Origin: a bacterium
Lineage (GTDB): Bacteria > Bacteroidota > Bacteroidia > NS11-12g > UBA9320
DNA length: 64,000 nt
Assembly: GCA_018223105.1 (NCBI GenBank)
Contig: JAAEYY010000005.1
Location: 918 to 64,917 of the forward strand
Direction of reading: 5' to 3'
Both the position numbers and the translations under genes were made by a program. A model generated the notes under the pieces. That model was given only the letters and a program-made list of their open reading frames with translations. It ran no database searches and was not told the DNA's origin. This document shows positions 39,505 through 49,481 of this stretch, piece by piece; the stretch's first letter is position 1; each line of letters starts with the position of its first letter.

Positions 39505-39918
39505 ATGAACATCCAATTTGCCGAACACAAGAATGATTTCGAAGTAAGCACAGATGCTTTACTGTTTGAAAATCAACCCTTTAATGGAGTCCTCAAAAGG
39601 GACAGCGATGAAGTGAATGGAGAAGCCATTTGTCATTATCAAAATGGCAAGAAAAATGGAGTCTTTAAAGAATGGTACCTCAATGGAGAGATCAAAGAAG
39701 TTTCACTTTTCAAAGATGGAGAACTACACGGTCGCAGAATTTGTTATTGGCCAAATGGAACCAAAAGGTATCATGTGAATTATATCAACGGTGATATGGA
39801 CGGAATTTATGAGGAATGGGATGATAATGGCATGAACAAACAAACCAAGATCTACTACAAAGGAAAATTGATTAGAATTCAAAAAGTGAATTCTAGCTCA
39901 ATCGCTACTCCCATGTAA
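39505..39918 (+). CDS. MORN-repeat variant protein (YwqK antitoxin-like family)
   Basis: Repeated G-x-W/Y-x-x-Y-Y/W-x-N-G units (GVFKEWYLNGE, GRRICYWPNGTK, GIYEEWDDNG), 137 aa. Confidence 0.6.
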   Translation: MNIQFAEHKNDFEVSTDALLFENQPFNGVLKRDSDEVNGEAICHYQNGKKNGVFKEWYLNGEIKEVSLFKDGELHGRRICYWPNGTKRYHVNYINGDMDGIYEEWDDNGMNKQTKIYYKGKLIRIQKVNSSSIATPM

Positions 39919-40470
39919 TTCTACGGTCTCTTTTAGTTTATCGTACCACGTGCTTCCGAACTTTCTCTTCAATGCGGATTCACAAAACTCAAAGACCCGA
40001 ATCTCTTCTTTTTCACCTTTATCACATGCTGCTGAACAGATATCCCATTTGTGATAATTTAGAGCGTGATATTCATTGTACTTCTTAGCCCTTATAGGAT
40101 ATAAATGACAGCTTATTGGTTTCGGAAAGCCAAAGTCATGCTTTCTGTTAGCGAGTTCGATTGCGCATGCCAGAATCCCCGCTTTACGAACAGCAAAGGC
40201 ACATTCTTTATTCGGTTTACAAGTAGTTACAGGCTCGTCAAACACATCAATTTCAGACACTCCTAAATGAGCAATAGTCTTCAGGCCTTCTTCATCCATT
40301 TCCTCAATTATAAGAGGCAGAGCGGCTTCAATTTTTTCGATTTCTCCTTCTTCTAAAGGAGCACCTGTATCGCCCTCTACACAGCAAGCACCTTTGCATG
40401 CACTGAGATTGCAACTAAACGTTTTTTCAATAATGTCTTCAGAGAGAAGACAATCTTCAACAATGATCAT
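39898..40470 (-). CDS. DUF3109-family Cys-rich protein
   Basis: Cys cluster [15 protein letters not shown]...[16 protein letters not shown], 190 aa. Confidence 0.6.
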   Translation of the reverse strand: MIIVEDCLLSEDIIEKTFSCNLSACKGACCVEGDTGAPLEEGEIEKIEAALPLIIEEMDEEGLKTIAHLGVSEIDVFDEPVTTCKPNKECAFAVRKAGILACAIELANRKHDFGFPKPISCHLYPIRAKKYNEYHALNYHKWDICSAACDKGEKEEIRVFEFCESALKRKFGSTWYDKLKETVELHGSSD

Positions 40471-40982
40471 AGATCTTCATCTAAATAACGGGAATAGCCT
40501 TTACTTTCTAGCTTCTCCGCTTTATTCAACACTTCTTCTTTCATCCTGGTAGTAAAATCATGTACTGATTTCCTAATGGACTCATTATGGGTTGCTAAAA
40601 TTTTTGCCGCAAGTATACCTGCGTTTTTTGCTCCGTTAATTGCAACAGTAGCTACAGGTATTCCCGGAGGCATTTGCACTATGCTATGGAGCGAGTCTAC
40701 ACCATTTAATGTTCTCGACTTTACCGGAACACCAATCACGGGTAGAACTGTTAAAGAAGCTACCATTCCGGGTAAATGCGCCGCACCACCTGCGCCTGCA
40801 ATAATCACTTTTACATGAGCACTTTCGGCAGACATTGCAAAATCATACATGCGATCCGGTGTTCTATGAGCTGATACTATCGTGAGTTTATAAGACACTT
40901 TTAACTCATCCAGTACTTTCGCTGCTTCAGCCATAACCGGAAGGTCTGAGTCTGAACCCATTATTATTAATACATCTGCCAT
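40467..40982 (-). CDS. purE: N5-carboxyaminoimidazole ribonucleotide mutase
   Basis: [14 protein letters not shown]...SAHRTP, 171 aa. Confidence 0.92.
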   Translation of the reverse strand: MADVLIIMGSDSDLPVMAEAAKVLDELKVSYKLTIVSAHRTPDRMYDFAMSAESAHVKVIIAGAGGAAHLPGMVASLTVLPVIGVPVKSRTLNGVDSLHSIVQMPPGIPVATVAINGAKNAGILAAKILATHNESIRKSVHDFTTRMKEEVLNKAEKLESKGYSRYLDEDL

Positions 40983-40994
40983 ATGATAACAAAG

Positions 40995-42164
40995 TTAATT
41001 GATCTCCACTAATTCTAGCGATTCCCTCACCTTATTCATCTTTTCTACACAGTCTTCTTCATTCTCCCCCAAAACGGTAAAATGTCCTAATTTTCTGTAT
41101 GGAGACGATGTAGTTTTACCGTATAAATGAATATAGGCTCCGGGCACTTGTAAGACCTCTTCTAGGCCTTCTACTGAATACCTGCCGCTAAACCCTTCCG
41201 GTCCTAAAATATTTGCGGTTAAAGCATGCTGAATCTGGGTGGTGTCACCTAAAGGAAGATCTAGTAAGATTCGGTTAAGTTGTTCATATTGAGAAGTGTA
41301 GCATGACTCGATTGTGTGGTGGCCGCTGTTATGTGCTCTAGGAGCAATTTCGTTTACATAACTATTTCCTTCCTCATCCATAATAAACTCAACAGCATAT
41401 ATACCGGGACTATTAAACCCTGTAACGGCCTTAATCGCCTTCTTTCTGAGTTGGCTCTCACGATCTGAACTTATATCTGCAGGGCTAATTAGATAATCCA
41501 TTAGATTAGCTTTTGGATCGAATACCATTTCAGATGCCCTGTAAGTGTTTACCTCACCGGCTCTTCCAATGCATACAATAACACTAAACTCTCTCGCTTT
41601 TTTTACTATTTTCTCTATTACATACCCATGCTCACTCTTTAAAGACTCATCTCCGGAATCAATTAATGACTTAAAAGATGATTTAGATAACAACTGTACT
41701 CCTTTACCGTCATACCCTCCTTTTCGATGCTTCAATACAAACTCTTCATCAGGCCAATTATTTACTGAATCTTGTAATGCGTCCGAATCACTGAGCACAA
41801 AATCTAATGTGGTAACAGCGTTTTCCCTATAGTAGTTCTTCTGCAATCCTTTATCTTGAATCAACTCCAAAACTGATGGCATTGGAAAAACAGGGCAAAT
41901 TTGTTCAACTTCCTTTAAGGCATCTACATTCACATGTTCAATTTCATAAGTGAGTACATCGCTAATCTTGGCAAGAGCTGTGATAGCTTCAGCATCATAT
42001 AGCGAGCCTTCAATTATATCTTTACAAACAAGTGCTGAAGGACAATCTGAAGATTTTTCGAGTACCCGGTACTTGAGATTCATGCTCGAGTAACTTTCAA
42101 TCATCATTTTACCTAATTGTCCTCCTCCAAGTATGCCAATTTTCTGCGAAAGTTTGTCCCTCAT
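40995..42164 (-). CDS. purK: N5-carboxyaminoimidazole ribonucleotide synthase
   Basis: ATP-grasp fold with an N-terminal IGILGGGQLG. It forms the purK-purE operon. Confidence 0.9.
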   Translation of the reverse strand: MRDKLSQKIGILGGGQLGKMMIESYSSMNLKYRVLEKSSDCPSALVCKDIIEGSLYDAEAITALAKISDVLTYEIEHVNVDALKEVEQICPVFPMPSVLELIQDKGLQKNYYRENAVTTLDFVLSDSDALQDSVNNWPDEEFVLKHRKGGYDGKGVQLLSKSSFKSLIDSGDESLKSEHGYVIEKIVKKAREFSVIVCIGRAGEVNTYRASEMVFDPKANLMDYLISPADISSDRESQLRKKAIKAVTGFNSPGIYAVEFIMDEEGNSYVNEIAPRAHNSGHHTIESCYTSQYEQLNRILLDLPLGDTTQIQHALTANILGPEGFSGRYSVEGLEEVLQVPGAYIHLYGKTTSSPYRKLGHFTVLGENEEDCVEKMNKVRESLELVEIN

Positions 42165-42347
42165 AGTGGCTGCAAATTTGCGGATATTTTTGACAGTACT
42201 TCTCTATTTTAGGAGTAAAATTTGAGGACGTACCATCATTTAGGAATAGTTCCGGTTTAATATGATTGTCTATATCTCAATACAAGAAGAACTTTATAGG
42301 TATAGTCAGATTTTCTAATCCTTTATTTTTGCTATCTAAACATACTT

Positions 42348-44834
42348 ATGAAAAAGCTCATTTTACTCCTTTTTGTCGGGTTTTTCTATGCTAATGCAAT
42401 AGCTCAGTGTAGCATTGATCCTTGGTCTTTAGATAAAAGAATTACTGAAAGTGACCTTGTAGTCGAAGCAAAGGTGCTTAACTCAGAAAGTACATGGGAT
42501 ATTATGAACCATAATATCTATACCGTTCATAATCTGCAAGTTTATAAGGTTTTCAAAGGTGCAATTCAAGCCGAAGAGATTCAAGTTGTGACAATGGGTG
42601 GTACAGTGGGGATGGAGTCTCATGCGGCTCACCCTTCTTTTGAAATACAAAGCGGAGATATTGGAATCTTTCTGCTTAGTGAAAATACTTTCCCGGTTGA
42701 AGGTGATAAAATGTTCATGGCAACAGCTTCAGTACAATCGCTTATTGCCTACGACATGACTCATTTCAAAGCAAGGGATGGTGAACGAATTTTCGAATCA
42801 ATAAATTTTGAACTATATCCATATTTAGAAAATAAATGCGAGCAAGATCTTACTGTAATAAAGGGCTTTAATCCGGAAGCAAAAGAAGGAGATATTACCC
42901 CTCTTGCACCTCCGGTGATTGACTCTTTCTCTCTTGATACAGTTAGCTCCGGTACAGAAACCGTGATTAAAATTTATGGTACAAATTTTGGTTTTGCTCA
43001 GGGCACAGATAGTAAAGTAGGGTTTAAAGATGCCAATTACGGCGACGGTAGATTCTATTATCCTCCAATTAATTGGAGTTATATCAATTGGAGTAATACC
43101 GAAATTGAAATGTATGTTCCAACTCGTGCAGGTACAGGTGTTGTTGAAGTTGTAAACGCAGCCGGAGAAAATGGAGAGTCAACGGATGAATTGTATGTAA
43201 AATACTCGCATTTGAACACACTTTATGGAACTAGCCCAACAGATACACAGTTTTATTTAATTGATCATTTGGATAAAAATGGACAGGGGGGATATAGCTG
43301 GCAAATGACAGATAGTTTCTCTGCCAATAAGCCTGCTGTAAATTCCTTTATTAGGTCCCTCGAAGAATGGCGCTGTGGTACAGCAATGAATTGGATTGTA
43401 GGAAAAGATACCAGTTTAGATCAATTAGCATCAGATCAAGTTAATATCGTTCGATTCTCAGATTTAGGGGGCAATACATTAGGTGTTTGTTGGTCGAGAT
43501 ATACGGGTTGTTTTAATGGTGGAATATTGTATTGGAGTGTGAGAGAAATGGACATTGAATTCGATAGCACGTATCCTTGGTACTATGGTACGAATATGCC
43601 GGCATTCAGTGAATACGATTTTCAGTCGGTAGCAACGCATGAACTAGGTCATGGTCATCAGCTTGGTCATGTGAGAGACGACTCAAAAATCATGCACTAC
43701 TCCTTGACGAATGGAGATAGATCGGTAGATTTAAGTGTTTTTGATTTAGAGGGTGGAGTTTATGTTAGAGATAGAGGAACTCAATCCAATGTTTGCGGAG
43801 ATGATCCAATAACTGCGGTAATTGCCGGTGAGTGTCAGATAAGCGTGCCAACTTCCATGTTTACATTGAGTGACACAGTGGTTTGTCCGGGTGAAGATAT
43901 TGTATTTACAGATGCATCTATGGGTAAAATTGATGCATATGAATGGTTGTTTGGAGAAGGAGCGAGTGATAGCATCGAAATTACAGGAGGGCCTCATACT
44001 ATTAGTTATGATTCTGGTGGAATGAAAACCGTGCAACTGGTGGTTAGCAATGATTTTGGTAGTGATACCAGCGAATACACTTTACTTGTTTTGCCTGCAC
44101 AGCCTGAGCAGCCTTTGAGTTTTATTTTTGATGATACTGCATGTTTTGGCTTGCAGACTTATACAGTTCTAGATAATCCGTTATACTCAGGTTTTGTATG
44201 GAACTTGTCCTCCGGTGGAGCATTTAACGGTTCAACCAATACTAATTCAGTTCAGATAGACTGGACATCGGCCGGTACACATCAAGTTTCAGTAGTGGCA
44301 GTAAATGCATGTGGGTCGAGTGAGGCTCAAGAGGATACTATTCATATTCTTCCGGAAGCCCTTGCAGGCTTCTCGTATAATGCAGATGGCACAACAGTTA
44401 CCTTCACTTTTGAAGGAGAAAATGCGGATAGTATAGAATGGCACTTTGGCGACGGAAATATCAGCAGAGATAGTAATCCTGTATACAGCTATCCGGATAA
44501 AGGAGATTATACCGCTGAGTTAAAGGTTTGGAATGAGTGCAAAAGAGACAGTGTTTCTCAATCTTTTAATCTTCAATTTCCCGTGGGTATTGCAGAACTC
44601 AAACAGAACTTATCTGTATATCCTAACCCGGCTTCATCCGGTGAAACTTTGTATTTTGAAGGTACTCAAGTGAACCGACTTACTCTTTACTCCACCGTTG
44701 GTGCTACCGTGTTAAAGCAGGAGCTTGTTTCAAATTCATGGTTTATTCCAAACCTCGAGGACGGTTTCTATGTTATAGAGGTAGAAACACAGCAAGGACG
44801 ATACGAGATGCGCTTGCTGATATGCAATCAATAA
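42348..44834 (+). CDS. T9SS-secreted zinc metalloprotease-like protein with PKD-like repeats and a type A CTD
   Basis: Signal peptide, an [11 protein letters not shown] zinc-binding-like motif, repeated PKD-like modules, and a C-terminal ...[18 protein letters not shown]...YVIEV (T9SS type A sorting domain). Confidence 0.7.
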   Translation: MKKLILLLFVGFFYANAIAQCSIDPWSLDKRITESDLVVEAKVLNSESTWDIMNHNIYTVHNLQVYKVFKGAIQAEEIQVVTMGGTVGMESHAAHPSFEIQSGDIGIFLLSENTFPVEGDKMFMATASVQSLIAYDMTHFKARDGERIFESINFELYPYLENKCEQDLTVIKGFNPEAKEGDITPLAPPVIDSFSLDTVSSGTETVIKIYGTNFGFAQGTDSKVGFKDANYGDGRFYYPPINWSYINWSNTEIEMYVPTRAGTGVVEVVNAAGENGESTDELYVKYSHLNTLYGTSPTDTQFYLIDHLDKNGQGGYSWQMTDSFSANKPAVNSFIRSLEEWRCGTAMNWIVGKDTSLDQLASDQVNIVRFSDLGGNTLGVCWSRYTGCFNGGILYWSVREMDIEFDSTYPWYYGTNMPAFSEYDFQSVATHELGHGHQLGHVRDDSKIMHYSLTNGDRSVDLSVFDLEGGVYVRDRGTQSNVCGDDPITAVIAGECQISVPTSMFTLSDTVVCPGEDIVFTDASMGKIDAYEWLFGEGASDSIEITGGPHTISYDSGGMKTVQLVVSNDFGSDTSEYTLLVLPAQPEQPLSFIFDDTACFGLQTYTVLDNPLYSGFVWNLSSGGAFNGSTNTNSVQIDWTSAGTHQVSVVAVNACGSSEAQEDTIHILPEALAGFSYNADGTTVTFTFEGENADSIEWHFGDGNISRDSNPVYSYPDKGDYTAELKVWNECKRDSVSQSFNLQFPVGIAELKQNLSVYPNPASSGETLYFEGTQVNRLTLYSTVGATVLKQELVSNSWFIPNLEDGFYVIEVETQQGRYEMRLLICNQ

Positions 44835-44835
44835 A

Positions 44836-45993
44836 ATGCAAAGAGTAGTTGTTGGACTATCAGGTGGGGTTGATTCTTCAGTTGCAGCATACTTGCTACA
44901 AGAGCAAGGCTATGAAGTAATTGGGGTTTTTATGAAAAACTGGCACGATACTAGTGTCACTATAAGCGATGATTGTCCTTGGGAGGAAGACAGCAAAGAT
45001 GCGCTTCTAGTAGCTGAGAAGCTGGGTATCCCATTCCATACCATCGACTTAAGCGAACAATACCATCACCGTATTGTAGATTATATGTTTAAGGAGTATG
45101 AGGCCGGCAGAACACCTAATCCTGACGTGCTTTGCAATCGCGAAATAAAATTCGACATCTTCTTGGAGCATGCTTTAGCACTAGGTGCTGAGTATGTAGC
45201 CACCGGTCATTACTGTAGGAAAGATTCCTTTATCGATAAAGATGGCAAAGAGGTTCATCGCTTGCTTGCAGGTAAAGATCCAAATAAAGACCAGAGTTAT
45301 TTTTTATGCCAGGTGAATCAAGAACAACTATCGAAAGCCTTGTTCCCAATAGGTGAATTGTTGAAACCTGAAGTGCGTGAAATTGCTAAAGAAAATAATC
45401 TGGTTACGGCTGAGAAGAAAGACTCTCAAGGCTTATGTTTTATCGGAAAAGTAAAACTTCCGGATTTTTTAAAACAACAACTCAAGGAAAAAGAAGGAAA
45501 TGTGGTTGAAGTAGACTCAGCTTGGGAAGGGTATTCCAGAAGCAAAGAAGAGATAGAAGGTGATTTGTATACAGAATCTGACGGCAAAGTAATTGGCACC
45601 CATAATGGAGCTCATTATTACACGATTGGCCAAAGGAAAGGTTTAAACATCGGAGGTTATACAGACCCGCTCTTTGTGCTTCAAACCAACACTCAAACCA
45701 ATACAATTTATGTTGGAGAAGGTGATGATCATCCCGGCTTGTATCGGAAAGGACTTCACATTAATAAAGATGATGTGCATTGGGTGAGAGAGGATTTAGG
45801 ATTGAAACCGGGAGAGGAGAAAAGCTATGATTTAAGGATAAGATACAGGCAGCCTTTATTCAGAGCTCTTCTGCGTTCTACAGACACAGGATTAGATATT
45901 ATTTTCGATGAACCACAAAAAGCAGTAGCCCCGGGTCAATTTGCTGCATGGTATCAAGATGATGAGTTGATTGGATCAGGCGTTATCGCCTAA
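44836..45993 (+). CDS. mnmA: tRNA-specific 2-thiouridylase MnmA
   Basis: The PP-loop [13 protein letters not shown] and catalytic Cys residues are conserved, 385 aa. Confidence 0.92.
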   Translation: MQRVVVGLSGGVDSSVAAYLLQEQGYEVIGVFMKNWHDTSVTISDDCPWEEDSKDALLVAEKLGIPFHTIDLSEQYHHRIVDYMFKEYEAGRTPNPDVLCNREIKFDIFLEHALALGAEYVATGHYCRKDSFIDKDGKEVHRLLAGKDPNKDQSYFLCQVNQEQLSKALFPIGELLKPEVREIAKENNLVTAEKKDSQGLCFIGKVKLPDFLKQQLKEKEGNVVEVDSAWEGYSRSKEEIEGDLYTESDGKVIGTHNGAHYYTIGQRKGLNIGGYTDPLFVLQTNTQTNTIYVGEGDDHPGLYRKGLHINKDDVHWVREDLGLKPGEEKSYDLRIRYRQPLFRALLRSTDTGLDIIFDEPQKAVAPGQFAAWYQDDELIGSGVIA

Positions 45994-46221
45994 AAAGAAA
46001 AAAGGGCTGAATTTATTCGAAAAATTCCTAATAATGTAGGATTTGGCTCCCTCAGTGTCGCGACCTACCTACGTTCATTTCCGCGAACGGAAAATCAAAC
46101 TGACATGTCTAGCTTTAGGCCTGCTCTTGAGCACTTCGTTTGAAGCCGGTAAAGTTTATAGTGTTGAATTTTTCAATTATCTTCTCCAGCCCTATGATTC
46201 AAATATAAATAAAATTGTAAA

Positions 46222-47223
46222 GTGATCGAAAAATCGTTGATAAGTATTTTAATGCCCGTAAAGAACCCGGGTAAGTATCTGATTCCCAGTATAGAATCTA
46301 TATTGGATCAAACTGAAAAACACTGGGAATTGATAGCTGTGGACGACCATTCAACCGATGATTCGCACCAAATTCTTCTGGATTTTGCTAAAAAAGACTC
46401 AAGAATACAGGTTTTAAGCAATGATGGTGAAGGCATAATAAACGCGCTCAGAACAGCCTACAGGGAATGTAAGGGTGAGTTTGTACATAGAATGGACTCA
46501 GATGACATAATGCCGGCAAGGAAGCTTGAAATGCTTCTGGAGAAGTGTGAGAAAGGAACTGTAGCTACAGGTCCGGTGGAATATTTTTCAGATGACTGGC
46601 TGGTTGGTTTGGGATTTCAGAATTACAGAGATTGGCTGAATGAAAATATGAAATCGGGAAACATCTGGACCGACTTATATATGGAGTGTCCAATACCGTC
46701 ACCGGCTTGGATGATTCATAGAGAGGATTTGAATAAAATAGGGGCTTTTCACTCAGAACTGATCCCGGAAGATTATGATCTCTGCTTTAGAATTTATGAA
46801 AATGGATTGAAGGTGGCAGTTTGCAATGATGTGGTCCATCGTTGGCGAGATAGCCAGGAGAGAACCTCAAGAAAGAACCCGGATTACTTTCCTATGGCGT
46901 ATTACCCACTGAAAGTACATTACTTCTTGAAACTTGAAAAGGACGAAGATGATGTCTTGTTTTTATGGGGTGCGGGAAAAAAAGGTAAACTTATTGCACA
47001 GATTCTAAAAGATCATGGAGTTAAATTTCACTGGGTAACCGATAATAAGAATAAAATCGGACAGGATATTCATGGAGTTATAGTTGAAGAGGTTGATTTT
47101 GATCAACAGATTAAAGCAAAAACCATCATTGCCGTAGCAAGTCCGGATGATAAATCTGAAATACAGGAACTCCTAAACCTCAATGGTTTTGATAAGAATA
47201 AACACTATTGGTGGTTCTGTTAA
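46222..47223 (+). CDS. Family 2 glycosyltransferase with a C-terminal Rossmann-like extension
   Basis: The GT-A N-terminus has ISILMPVKN...DDHSTDDS. The C-terminal ~110 aa contain WGAGKKGK (a GxGxxG-like motif). GTG start. Confidence 0.7.
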   Translation: MIEKSLISILMPVKNPGKYLIPSIESILDQTEKHWELIAVDDHSTDDSHQILLDFAKKDSRIQVLSNDGEGIINALRTAYRECKGEFVHRMDSDDIMPARKLEMLLEKCEKGTVATGPVEYFSDDWLVGLGFQNYRDWLNENMKSGNIWTDLYMECPIPSPAWMIHREDLNKIGAFHSELIPEDYDLCFRIYENGLKVAVCNDVVHRWRDSQERTSRKNPDYFPMAYYPLKVHYFLKLEKDEDDVLFLWGAGKKGKLIAQILKDHGVKFHWVTDNKNKIGQDIHGVIVEEVDFDQQIKAKTIIAVASPDDKSEIQELLNLNGFDKNKHYWWFC

Positions 47224-47295
47224 AAAATGCAATCCGAGCATAGCCCGGATTGCATTGACACCATTAAGAAATTGAATATAAAGCTTACACGAATC

Positions 47296-49065
47296 TTAGT
47301 GCATCACCGTGAACCTTTTAACGATAGGTTCTTCAGTTCCGGTAATGTTTAAGTAGTAAATTCCGTTAGGCAGAGACATCATATCAAATACATAGCCTCT
47401 GTCTGTGTTTTTAATTTTTATTAAGGAAGTAACATCCATTCCGTCTGAGTTGTAAATGGCCATTTGATCCTGTTTACACAGAGCACATGTAATATTTACA
47501 ACACCTTTACTCGGATTAGGATAAAGCAAAATAATTCCGGGTTCTAAGTTAAGCTCAACACAAAGGGGTTCTGAAAAGGCTCTTTGGCCATTGAAGTCAT
47601 ATTGTACCAATCTGTAGCAATTATCTCCGGGATTTGCTCCAATATCTCGGTACGAATAATAACTGTTTTGTTCTGTTGTTCCATTACCCGGAACATAACT
47701 CAACATCACCCATTCTCCTCGGTCATTAAGCTTTTGAAGAATATAATGAGAACAGTTTCTTTCCGAATTAGTAGCCCATTTTACATCTACATTGCCTTCC
47801 TTACTTGCCACTGCCTCATAGTGAATTAGATTAACTGGCAATGCAGAACAACTAACAAGCAGTTCGAATTGAGTATTTGGACTAATAAAAGATTCCTCTC
47901 TCACAGTCACATTAAATATTCTATGCCCCGTAGTAGGGTTATTATTAAAATAAGCAAATGAGTCGATGAACTTCTCGGCTTCTGCACTTGTTAAAGTTCC
48001 GGAACTTTTCGTAATTCTCAATGTCTTAACACCTCCGCTAACTGTGGCATCGAAACTATATGTAGTTCCGAGAAGTGTTACATTTGGGATACTTGCGCCG
48101 TTATTAAAATCTAGTTCAATTGTATCATTAGCGCTGGCACCCTGAATCACAAATTTCTCATCTGATCCATCAATGATGGTTGAACTGTTAAAAAAGAAAG
48201 TGATTTCGTCAACGGTATTATTTGGAGTGTTGATGTTAGTTCCACCTCCAGTGAAATATGCAGGTTTGTTACAAAATGTATCTATTTTGTTTTTGCCTCC
48301 TGTGCTGGTGTCCAAATCTAAGTCCGGAGTCCAGAATACGTCCGGAGTCCAGTAGTCACCAGGACTAAAGTCAATAAAGAAATAGGCATAACCATTATTG
48401 TCTGCTCCAACTCGTATAGAAAACTCACTCATCTGAAGGTAGCTAACCTTAACTCTTGTTCGTGTATCTAAGACATTAGAAACATTGGCTGAGTAATCAG
48501 ATCTGAATTTAGTGAGTCCTGAATTAACATTATACGAAGTACTTACTCTCGTGTTTGTTGCCAAACTTGATGAATCAAAACCACCAAACTCATTGTATTG
48601 ATTCGTATTAGAGGAACCATTACCATCAATATCATAAGTATTAATCATACTGTTTTGAAGTGTGATGATAGTACCCGAGTCTGTTGAATTGTTATAAGAA
48701 CCTCCAAGGATAAACTCAAATCGAAACTGAGCATATCCTCCGCCACTGTTGAAAGTGAATTGGGGTGAAAAAAACCTCGGCTCATTATTTGTCATGGATG
48801 CACCTGAAGTGCTGGGGTTGTCGAAGTTGATACAATTACCGCTGCTTATGGCTTCGGTTCTAACTATTGCATCAATCTGCTGCGAGCCAATCGTGATTAC
48901 GTTTTCATACAACACAATATCGCCGGCATCTGTTCCATCTCCGACTTTATCGGTAATAGTTACCCCGGAACCACCAAAATTGATGTCGCCAAAATTGACA
49001 TTAAATGTTTGTCCAAATGAGAAAACACTGCAGAATACTGCTAGTGGTAGTAGTAGTTTTTTCAT
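47296..49065 (-). CDS. T9SS type A sorting-domain secreted protein (hypothetical cargo)
   Basis: Signal peptide MKKLLLPLAVFCSVFSFGQ and a C-terminal ...LYPNPSKGVVNI...NGIYYLNI (type A CTD), 589 aa. Confidence 0.65.
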   Translation of the reverse strand: MKKLLLPLAVFCSVFSFGQTFNVNFGDINFGGSGVTITDKVGDGTDAGDIVLYENVITIGSQQIDAIVRTEAISSGNCINFDNPSTSGASMTNNEPRFFSPQFTFNSGGGYAQFRFEFILGGSYNNSTDSGTIITLQNSMINTYDIDGNGSSNTNQYNEFGGFDSSSLATNTRVSTSYNVNSGLTKFRSDYSANVSNVLDTRTRVKVSYLQMSEFSIRVGADNNGYAYFFIDFSPGDYWTPDVFWTPDLDLDTSTGGKNKIDTFCNKPAYFTGGGTNINTPNNTVDEITFFFNSSTIIDGSDEKFVIQGASANDTIELDFNNGASIPNVTLLGTTYSFDATVSGGVKTLRITKSSGTLTSAEAEKFIDSFAYFNNNPTTGHRIFNVTVREESFISPNTQFELLVSCSALPVNLIHYEAVASKEGNVDVKWATNSERNCSHYILQKLNDRGEWVMLSYVPGNGTTEQNSYYSYRDIGANPGDNCYRLVQYDFNGQRAFSEPLCVELNLEPGIILLYPNPSKGVVNITCALCKQDQMAIYNSDGMDVTSLIKIKNTDRGYVFDMMSLPNGIYYLNITGTEEPIVKRFTVMH

Positions 49066-49225
49066 AATTGAGTAGTAGTTAAACTAAAAATAAACTACAA
49101 CACAAGACGATAATAATAGATGAATTGCGTAGTAGTTTGAATGGTTAATTCAATACAAAAGTATAAGAAAAAAAATTGAAAAATTATCAAAAAGTTATAT
49201 GGTTCTGAAAATCAGACGATTGAAA

Positions 49226-49429
49226 TTAGTCGACCTCTTCGTAGTCCACATATTCGCCTTCAATGTTGCGATCTTCACGACTACTTTGACTTGAGCTACC
49301 TGAAGAATATCTCGGTCCGCTATTGCCTTGACCATGGCCTCCTTGATCATGACTGACCAAAGTGAAGACACGCATCACACGTCTTAGAATCCAGAGAATT
49401 AATACAAATAGAAATAAATACTTCAGCAT
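49226..49429 (-). CDS. DUF4834-family small membrane protein
   Basis: N-terminal TM helix, a Gly/Ser/Gln-rich linker, and a C-terminal GEYVDYEEVD that matches the DUF4834 ending. Confidence 0.5.
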   Translation of the reverse strand: MLKYLFLFVLILWILRRVMRVFTLVSHDQGGHGQGNSGPRYSSGSSSQSSREDRNIEGEYVDYEEVD

Positions 49430-49481
49430 ATTGCTTTAATTAAGACGAAACTAAGCCTGAAATGTTTGTATACCAAAGACC

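Noticed and set aside
46005-46040. The GGGCTGAATTTATTCGA stretch after mnmA resembles the 5' end of tmRNA (GGGGCTGATTCTGGATTCGA)
   Set aside because: There is no downstream T-arm or CCA-end-like GGTTCGANTCC element. The space before the next gene (~200 bp) is too short for a ~350-nt tmRNA. The similarity is a short chance match.
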